Part shown: positions 8,255 through 13,855 of the stretch, in pieces | How the letters are laid out: every line of letters begins with the position of its first letter | Numbering within the stretch: position 1 is the stretch's first letter | Origin: a virus | UHGV virus genome: UHGV-0141996 | Direction: 5' to 3' (one strand) | Length of the DNA stretch: 13,855 nt | Made by a program: the position numbers and the translations under genes | Notes under the pieces: model-generated | What the model was told of the DNA's origin: nothing | The model's database searches: none | What the model saw: only the letters and a program-made list of their open reading frames with translations

Positions 8255-8317
8255 GTGCGCACCAACCCGGTACTACCACACCAATCTAAGCGCATGAGTC
8301 CCCGCAAGCCGCATTCT
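8255..8317 (+). repeat. Intergenic GC-rich motif block related to the 1539-1601 block
   Basis: GTGCGCACCAACCC (8255-8268), GCGCATGAGT (8290-8299) and CAAGCCGCATTCT (8305-8317) recur in the same orientation at 1539-1601: GTGCGCATGGAGT, GTGCGCACAACCC (1572-1584) and CAAGCCGCATTCT (1589-1601, exact 13-mer). Confidence 0.45.
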
Positions 8318-8360
8318 GCGCGGCATCTGAAAGCCTGTTTTTAATTAACCGAGGTTCGTA

Positions 8361-8774
8361 ATGAGTACCTGTAATTTCCATGCCGTGGTGCGTGTCGCTG
8401 ACGTGCGCCCGGATTTCGCCTTGCCGCTGGGTAGATGCGACCACATTTACCCTGAGCGTGTGCAGCACGTTTTCAATCCAGACGAAGCGGTTTATATCGT
8501 TGCCCGGTCTGCCACATCCGGCACCCGCACATCTGGCGTTAGCCGTGGGCTTTCCCCTGTGCTGCCGCCGAAGATGGCCGAGCGGATGCGCGAACGTAAA
8601 CGGCACGAGAAGAATCGAGCCAGACCCCGCAAGGTGATCACTGAGGCGATACGCGCTGACATTATCGATCGCTCTGCAAAAGGCCAGAAGAATCGTTACA
8701 TTGCAAGCAAGGTTGGCGTGTCTGAAACCTCTGTGCGGAAGGTGTTGAACATGGCGCGTATGAGTGCGCACTAA
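8361..8774 (+). CDS. HTH-domain protein, 137 aa; possible regulator or packaging-associated DNA-binding protein
   Basis: GAGGT SD. Basic Arg/Lys-rich middle (RMRERKRHEKNRARPRK) and C-terminal HTH-like segment (IIDRSAKGQKNRYIASKVGVSETSVRKVLN). Confidence 0.55.
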   Translation: MSTCNFHAVVRVADVRPDFALPLGRCDHIYPERVQHVFNPDEAVYIVARSATSGTRTSGVSRGLSPVLPPKMAERMRERKRHEKNRARPRKVITEAIRADIIDRSAKGQKNRYIASKVGVSETSVRKVLNMARMSAH

Positions 8775-8993
8775 TGCAAGGTAATACGTTCGCCTTACTT
8801 CACGCGCACTAACCCCTGAGAACCGCGCCAGCTCTGGCCTCAAAACGCCCATTTCGGGGCACCTCATCCCTCTTAATCGATACCGTTCTGAATCCTGCCT
8901 CGGCGGGAGGATTACGCACGCCCGCGCCATGACGATGGCCGGGCTTATCTCGTCAGTGAATCCGCTGGCACAACCTACGTAGGAGTTTTACAT

Positions 8994-9989
8994 ATGGCCG
9001 ATAACATTTACTCGCCTGACCAGTTCCGCCCACATTATGGCGGGGTGGAATCTGACAATGATATTCACATCGAGGCTTATGACCGGGATGTCCAGACCCG
9101 TTTAGAGTCCAAATCCGTATTTCTGGCCGAGGGGCTGTCTACATACAGGCCGCTGAAAGCCAGCAACCAATACCGCATTGATCGCCTGAGTGGTGATCTT
9201 GAGGTGAAGGGCAGAACCGCAGGGCAATCGCTGGAGCCTACCGCCGTTAAGTCGGACAAGTTGGTTATCTCTGTGGATACGCTGAGCTATATCCGCATCC
9301 CGATTGACTATCAGGATGACTGGACAGCTCCCACCTTTCGCGCAGAGCTGAGCCGCAATATCGGTACTGCTCACGCTAAATTCTACGACGAAGCGCACAC
9401 CATCCAGCTAATCAAAGCGACTGACTTCGTACCGCCGCCGACACTGCAACCAACGTTTAACCCGCTTACGGATAATGTTGTCTCGCTCGACCTGACAGCG
9501 GGGAGCGAAGAGGATGCAGCTAACGAACTGGTTCACGCTATCAAAGCTGCTGTTAATCGATTCCTGACTGAGAAAGATATTCCGGTGGCGGAGCTGGTAC
9601 TGCTTATCGACCCGGCTTGGTTCAGCATCCTGATGGAACATAAGAAGCTGATGAACGTCCGTTACAGCCGGGATAGTGGCAACGATTACGCATGGCGTCG
9701 TGTTGGCTATGTCGCTGGGGTGCGAGTTATCGAGCTGAATAGTTACCCGCAGGAAGCCATTACCGGGCATGAACTGGGCGCTGATTATGACGTTACCGCA
9801 GAGGAAGCGCTGACGAGGGCGACGCTGTTTAAACCTTCCTCGGTACTGTTGACGGTCGAAGCGCAGAGCGTCATCAATCGCCAGTGGGATGATGAAAGCG
9901 AAATGACGATGGTGATGGACTCATATCGCCTGTTCAACGTTGGGCTGCGTCGTCCTGACTGCGTTATCAATTTCCGACAAGCTGCATAA
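8994..9989 (+). CDS. Putative major capsid protein, 331 aa, T7 gp10-like by eye
   Basis: Strong SD AGGAG. Length and block pattern resemble T7 gp10 from memory: KLVISVDTL..IPIDYQDD...RAEL..NIG.AHA and a C-terminal VLLIDPAWFSIL ... GVRVIEL ... LF..S.V.L.V block. No protease gene adjacent, consistent with a scaffold-dependent capsid. Confidence 0.55.
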   Translation: MADNIYSPDQFRPHYGGVESDNDIHIEAYDRDVQTRLESKSVFLAEGLSTYRPLKASNQYRIDRLSGDLEVKGRTAGQSLEPTAVKSDKLVISVDTLSYIRIPIDYQDDWTAPTFRAELSRNIGTAHAKFYDEAHTIQLIKATDFVPPPTLQPTFNPLTDNVVSLDLTAGSEEDAANELVHAIKAAVNRFLTEKDIPVAELVLLIDPAWFSILMEHKKLMNVRYSRDSGNDYAWRRVGYVAGVRVIELNSYPQEAITGHELGADYDVTAEEALTRATLFKPSSVLLTVEAQSVINRQWDDESEMTMVMDSYRLFNVGLRRPDCVINFRQAA

Positions 9990-10005
9990 CTGGAGGGGCT
10001 GAGTC

Positions 10006-10515
10006 ATGGTTAATGATGCTTACGCCCCTGAGCTGTTGCGATCCCTTTTCCTGTATGACCCGGTGACAGGTCGCCTGCACCATAAAGCTAACCGACGCCG
10101 GGTTAAGGCTGGCTCCTATGCTGACTCCACCCAGCGAGCTGATGGCTATCGTCAAGTTGCCCTGCGACTTGATGGCAAGCAGTACCAGCTAAAAGCCCAT
10201 CGCGTGGCATGGATTCTTGCGCATGGCGCTATTCCTCACGGTAAGCAGATCGATCACATCAACGGTATCCGTGACGACAACCGCCTATGCAATCTGCGTT
10301 TGGTTACGCAGCGGGAAAACGACCAGAACCGACGCAAGGCAAGGGGATATAGCTGGAATAAAGGCAGTAGCAAATGGGAGGCTTACATACGCGTTGATGG
10401 TGTACTCCGTCACCTTGGCTTATTTACTACCGAAGCGGCGGCGCGTGCTGCCTATCTAAAAGCTAAAGCCAGATACCATCCCTCAACGCCAGCCGATTTG
10501 TTGCAGGCTGCCTAA
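10006..10515 (+). CDS. HNH endonuclease with C-terminal AP2 domain, 169 aa
   Basis: HNH motif HRVAWILAHGAIPHGKQIDHINGIRDDNRLCNLRLVTQRENDQN. AP2-like segment YSWNKGSSKWEAYIRVDGVLRHLGLFTTEAAARAAYLKAKARYH. SD GGAGGGG. Confidence 0.85.
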   Translation: MVNDAYAPELLRSLFLYDPVTGRLHHKANRRRVKAGSYADSTQRADGYRQVALRLDGKQYQLKAHRVAWILAHGAIPHGKQIDHINGIRDDNRLCNLRLVTQRENDQNRRKARGYSWNKGSSKWEAYIRVDGVLRHLGLFTTEAAARAAYLKAKARYHPSTPADLLQAA

Positions 10516-10533
10516 TCCTCGGAGGTTCCATAT

Positions 10534-10959
10534 ATGGCTGATGAAAAGCCGATTAGAGCGCTGGCAGATGATGACCCACGCCGCCAGCGGTACGCTGAAC
10601 TGATGGCGCAGGCTGGCCGCATGACTATTCCCCGACTGCATCCGGGCGATGCTAATAGTGTTATGAGCCAACTTGCGACGATGCTCGGCGCACCTGTCCC
10701 GATAGTCGGTGCTATGACTGAGCACGCCGCTGCATGGCGTGCCTGTATGCTGGAGCAAGGGCTTGGCGATCTTCTGGATGGCTTGAGTAAACAGGTGCTG
10801 ACCATCTTCTTTCTGCTCTGCTGGAGAGACAGCGCCTTGCGATTGGCGGGTAAGCAAAAGGAACGGCTTACAGCGGCCAGCGAGGGTTTGACCATTGAGC
10901 AATACCGGGCGATGCACCCGGCTTACAGAGAGAATAAAGAAGATGATAACCACGATTAA
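10534..10959 (+). CDS. Hypothetical protein, 141 aa, in the position often occupied by a small terminase subunit
   Basis: Strong SD GGAGG 8 nt upstream. Lies immediately downstream of the HNH gene. No recognisable motif; the small-terminase suggestion is positional inference only. Confidence 0.55.
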   Translation: MADEKPIRALADDDPRRQRYAELMAQAGRMTIPRLHPGDANSVMSQLATMLGAPVPIVGAMTEHAAAWRACMLEQGLGDLLDGLSKQVLTIFFLLCWRDSALRLAGKQKERLTAASEGLTIEQYRAMHPAYRENKEDDNHD

Positions 10960-11242
10960 ATTAAGGTGGCGGTACATCGAGCCGCCGCCAATGACTGGCG
11001 CACTCGCTGACCTGAAACAGTGGGTAATGGATACCGGAGAGCCTGAGCTGGAAGCTGAATTTCGTAAGCTGCTGGGGCTAATGCGCCGCAACGGTATCAG
11101 TGACGAACGCGTTAATGCGATGGCTGATGAGCTTTATGTTCTGGTTTGCCAACGCCAGTGCGAAGAATACGAAGCCTGCAAGCGGGCTGCGTCTGACAAT
11201 GGAGACTTTGAATCATGGTTACACGGACAGACCAACTACTAA
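10943..11242 (+). CDS. Hypothetical small protein, about 99 aa; start ambiguous (alternative upstream start at 10895)
   Basis: The ORF track starts at 10895 and overlaps the upstream gene by 65 bp. The in-frame ATG at 10943 (MITTIKLRW...) is preceded by AAAGAAG and gives a minimal overlap. Cys-containing segment CQRQCEEYEAC. Confidence 0.45.
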   Translation: MITTIKLRWRYIEPPPMTGALADLKQWVMDTGEPELEAEFRKLLGLMRRNGISDERVNAMADELYVLVCQRQCEEYEACKRAASDNGDFESWLHGQTNY

Positions 11243-11640
11243 GAAAAGCGATGCGGGACTATCTGGAACACCTCGGCAACATGCCGTTGGCTGAACGGAT
11301 TACAAATGCTGCTGTATTCGAAGATGTGTATCGCTTCCTGTTGAATGGTTCCGGTCGGCTGGAGTTGCGCCGCGCTGATGTGGCCGCTGTTCGTATCTTC
11401 CTGTGGAATTACCAATACCGACGCTGTGCGGTGACAGGTAAGCCGCTGCGCCTTACGTCTGCCGTGCTAGATCACTGCCACCGAACCGGGCGCGTGCGTG
11501 CTGTGGTGCATCGTTCTGCTAACGCTGCTGAGGGAGGCCGCTACGTTGGGCGGACGTGTGGTGTTAGCGTTGCGAACTTAAGGGCTATGGTTGGCAGCTA
11601 TCGCAAGCAATACACCGGTATTGGCGTGTTATATCCATAA
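11215..11640 (+). CDS. Endonuclease VII-like (HNH superfamily) protein, 141 aa
   Basis: Segment CAVTGKPLRLTSAVLDHCHRTGRVRAVVHRSANAAEG matches the Endonuclease_7 pattern (C..C-like ... DH.H.TG.VR ... N...G) with substitutions. GGAG 9 nt upstream. Last gene of the plus-strand operon. Confidence 0.55.
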   Translation: MVTRTDQLLRKAMRDYLEHLGNMPLAERITNAAVFEDVYRFLLNGSGRLELRRADVAAVRIFLWNYQYRRCAVTGKPLRLTSAVLDHCHRTGRVRAVVHRSANAAEGGRYVGRTCGVSVANLRAMVGSYRKQYTGIGVLYP

Positions 11641-11642
11641 TA

Positions 11643-11661
11643 GCGGGGTAATAAACCCCGC
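11643..11661. terminator. Candidate bidirectional terminator hairpin between convergent gene blocks
   Basis: Perfect 7-bp stem GCGGGGT / ACCCCGC with AATAA loop, 3 bp after the plus-operon stop (11640) and 21 bp after the minus-strand gene stop (11682). Flanking A/T-rich sequence on both sides, but no long U-run. Confidence 0.5.
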
Positions 11662-11681
11662 CGAAATAGTAGCGTAGCCAC

Positions 11682-12584
11682 TCAAACAGGAATGTTGTAG
11701 TAATGACAAATGGCATTAGTTAGTAGAGCTGGTGCAGCAGATGCTGCAATATTTAGCGTTCCCGCATATGCTTTACCAATCATATCACCAAGCCACCCTC
11801 CAACTTTTCCTCCTAAATTATCCATAGTGGTGGGCACTGGAGATTCTTGTATAGCTTGCTGAAGCGTTGTTATGTCTGCTTCTGAAACTCCCCATTCTTT
11901 AAGTTGTTTCTCCAGCGAATTAAAATCTCCTGCTATAATCGTGTTATTCTGGTTAATGTCTCCAGTATTCCCAGCACCAATACTGCCTGCATTATTAACT
12001 GCGCCATTAAAAATATTAGTATTGTTAACCGTCATAGGAGCGACCTCTTTTTCTGCCTGAGTGAACAATAACCCTTCACCCATAATCCCCTGTTTTTCTA
12101 ATTCAAGTGACCAATCAAGAATCTTGTTTCTTACAGTTGTGACTATGTGAGCAAATTTACCAGAACTAAAGAACCAGCATATTTCAGGTCTTGAATGTTG
12201 ATCGTGATATAACATTTCAGCCATTTCTAGTGGGATAGGGAGCCTTATATTTCCTTTTGTGCCCTCTGCTCGTATCATTGATGCTATAGATTCAGTGAGT
12301 GTATAAGTAGTAAACTTACGCATAATCTTTGCGCTTATGTTACCAAGATCAACTGGAATCCAGCCGTTGAAAGGGTTATAGGCTTTTAACTGACCGTGCC
12401 CAGTTCTATATTCTGGGGCTGATGCAATTGTAGGGTAGCCATTCAATTCGTGCTCAATCCAGCCTGTAACATCTTCCAGGCCAAGCTTGACGGCTATTAC
12501 TTTAGCTTTCATTAAAAGAGCGATAATATCAGTGTTAGGATCGCTTGCAAGAGCTTGAAGTTCAAGAACTGGTGAGTTAGCCAT
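11682..12584 (-). CDS. AT-rich cargo gene, 300 aa; putative AbiTii-like abortive-infection protein with Asn/Gly-rich C-terminal half
   Basis: Intact ORF with strong SD (TAAGGA 6 nt upstream on the minus strand). N-terminus (LELQALASD..IIALLMKAKVIAVKLGLEDVTGWIEHELNGY) resembles AbiTii-type domains as I recall them; unverified. C-terminal half is N/G-rich low complexity ending in a hydrophobic segment. Located between the integrase and the phage-like operon; markedly AT-rich. Confidence 0.45.
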   Translation of the reverse strand: MANSPVLELQALASDPNTDIIALLMKAKVIAVKLGLEDVTGWIEHELNGYPTIASAPEYRTGHGQLKAYNPFNGWIPVDLGNISAKIMRKFTTYTLTESIASMIRAEGTKGNIRLPIPLEMAEMLYHDQHSRPEICWFFSSGKFAHIVTTVRNKILDWSLELEKQGIMGEGLLFTQAEKEVAPMTVNNTNIFNGAVNNAGSIGAGNTGDINQNNTIIAGDFNSLEKQLKEWGVSEADITTLQQAIQESPVPTTMDNLGGKVGGWLGDMIGKAYAGTLNIAASAAPALLTNAICHYYNIPV

Positions 12585-12603
12585 TTCAAGTCCTTAGTAG
12601 TGT

Positions 12604-12631
12604 TTTGATAAGATATCTTACCCTTATCAAA
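12604..12631. promoter_or_regulatory. Palindromic candidate operator in the leader of the AbiTii-like gene
   Basis: Perfect 12-bp palindrome TAAGATATCTTA (12609-12620) nested in a 9-bp inverted repeat TTTGATAAG (12604-12612) / CTTATCAAA (12623-12631), 20-50 bp upstream of the minus-strand start codon at 12584. Confidence 0.35.
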
Positions 12632-12671
12632 CTGTGCAGTCTAAGGTTGGTCGGTCAAACTCACCTTTAAG

Positions 12672-13829
12672 TTATTTGCTTATTTCATCATTTGTGATTT
12701 GCTCGACATACTTCCTCGTCTCTATAGGAGAAGCTGCATTTTTCGAGTAAGTTTTGAAGCTCTCTGTACTCCCGCGCTCATGACCGACGAGCAGGGCAAT
12801 ACGATCCTCTGGTACTTGAGCACGGTCGAGCTGTTGCACAAACGCATGGCGGAGTGAGTGAAACACTTTTCTCTCTGCGGCAGGTTCGCCAAGCGCTTTG
12901 CGCTTCGCCCGTGTGAACTGCTGGGTGTGCCACGTTGAACGCTTTCCGTCTGCCCGGTCTGTGATTGAGGCGTGATAGAACAGAAAACCGCTATGTGTGG
13001 TCTTGAGCAACGACTTCACGAGAGGGATTAGCTTGCTGTGTACTGGGACGATTCGTGCCGCGCTCTTGGTCTTCCCCTCGGTGATCTCAAAGCACAAAAC
13101 GCCCTCGATGGTTTTAATACTGCTCTCACGCAGCGTACATATTTCATTGATCCGCATACCGCTGTAAGCACCAATAGCCGTTACCGCCTTCATCTCGTCA
13201 TCAAGTAAGGTATAGATCTTTGCCAGCTCTCCCGGTGCGAAGACTTCATAGCTGACCTTGCTGCTTTTTGCTTCGAGCGCATGACCACGCCAAGGATTGT
13301 CCTGTGGTGCATCGTGATAGCGATTGCGTGCCAAATCCCAAATCTGTGCCAGTGCGCTTATATAGTTCTGGATGGTTTGCGGCGCTCGCTCAGTTTTGAG
13401 CTTATCTAACCAGCCTGTAACTATGGATCGATTAATATCCCGCAACTGAATATCTTTCTTTTTCAGGTGGGTTAACAGCACCTCTACGGCTTTGTTGGTC
13501 TTGGATAGCGTGGTTAGCTTTCTCTTCTCACTGTATTGGAGAAGATACAGATCGCGCATTTTAAGTAGGGAAGGGCAAGCCTGAACCGATGCACCAAATG
13601 ATGCGGGGGCTTCCTTAGCATACACACTGACACGGCGTAGCTCATCAATGATTTGATCTACGGATGAGCCGCCTTGCGGCTTAAGCAGATTCCGTAAGCG
13701 AGTCCATTCCAGAGCAATAGCATCGCGAAACAAACGCGCTTGCCGTATGTCTCGTGTCCCTGTGCTTTTCATAAAGTAGCGCTTCCCTTGGAACAGGTGG
13801 CGCATGTAGATGGGAATAGCTATCCGCAC
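12672..13829 (-). CDS. Tyrosine recombinase / phage-type integrase, up to 385 aa; start ambiguous (GTG at 13829, ATG at 13805 or 13772)
   Basis: Tyrosine-recombinase motifs: Arg in GMRINEICTLR, HSLRHAF (His-x-x-Arg), LLVGHERGSTESFKTYSK (His and catalytic Tyr). The ORF track begins with GTG. The internal ATG at 13772 is preceded by AAGGGAAG and would give 366 aa. Confidence 0.9.
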   Translation of the reverse strand: MRIAIPIYMRHLFQGKRYFMKSTGTRDIRQARLFRDAIALEWTRLRNLLKPQGGSSVDQIIDELRRVSVYAKEAPASFGASVQACPSLLKMRDLYLLQYSEKRKLTTLSKTNKAVEVLLTHLKKKDIQLRDINRSIVTGWLDKLKTERAPQTIQNYISALAQIWDLARNRYHDAPQDNPWRGHALEAKSSKVSYEVFAPGELAKIYTLLDDEMKAVTAIGAYSGMRINEICTLRESSIKTIEGVLCFEITEGKTKSAARIVPVHSKLIPLVKSLLKTTHSGFLFYHASITDRADGKRSTWHTQQFTRAKRKALGEPAAERKVFHSLRHAFVQQLDRAQVPEDRIALLVGHERGSTESFKTYSKNAASPIETRKYVEQITNDEISK

Positions 13830-13855
13830 GAGGTAATTCCCGCAGGGATCTAAAA

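Larger units (their letters stand above)
1940..13855. mobile_element. Phage-like integrative element (prophage fragment or phage satellite), partial; boundaries not defined in the window
   Basis: Integrase at the right edge, phage-type replication helicase, scaffold-like and capsid-like genes, HNH nucleases, tightly coupled operon and AT-rich cargo genes. The right att site is beyond the window; no att repeat was identified on the left. Confidence 0.5.

Noticed and set aside
7539-8307. Alternative-frame and antisense ORFs over the scaffold-like gene (for example 7539..7781 plus, 7978..8307 minus)
   Set aside because: Frame shadows of a low-complexity GC-rich gene. The 7526 frame has the strong SD and the operon context.
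8286-9770. Minus-strand ORFs of 214, 98 and 120 aa overlapping the HTH and capsid genes
   Set aside because: Antisense to genes with strong RBSs and recognisable domains. No start signals.
10483-11091. Minus-strand ORFs of 202 and 127 aa overlapping the HNH-downstream genes
   Set aside because: Antisense shadows in GC-rich coding sequence.
11872-12060. 62-aa plus-strand ORF inside the AbiTii-like gene
   Set aside because: Antisense to a well-supported minus-strand gene, with no RBS.
1-13855. CRISPR array, rRNA or tRNA genes
   Set aside because: No regularly spaced direct repeats with unique spacers, no rRNA-like conserved blocks and no cloverleaf-compatible tRNA sequence were seen on either strand.

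Overview
The window reads as a compact phage-like integrative element bracketed by visibly AT-rich cargo genes. On the right, a tyrosine integrase (12672..13829, minus) has its 5' end 26 bp from the window edge, so the att site and any target tRNA lie outside the window. Next to it is an AT-rich gene (11682..12584, minus) whose N-terminus resembles AbiTii-type abortive-infection proteins as I recall them. A tightly packed plus-strand operon (3779..11640) converges on these two genes. It encodes a RecQ-like SF2 helicase, a run of translationally coupled small genes (four consecutive ATGA stop/start overlaps), a Gln/Ala/Gly-rich scaffold-like protein, an HTH protein, a probable major capsid protein (T7 gp10-like by eye), an HNH-AP2 endonuclease, two small proteins and an endonuclease VII-like protein. 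No portal, large terminase or tail gene is visible. Upstream lie a 1.26-kb ORF-poor, pyrimidine-skewed region with iteron-like repeats, a small serine recombinase (1940..2515, plus), a 975-bp repeat-rich intergenic region and a divergent AT-rich orphan gene (50..964, minus). The best candidates for an undescribed system are the two AT-rich flank genes and the possibility that the whole element is a capsid-encoding satellite. All functional calls rest on motif recognition by eye; no database or HMM search was run.
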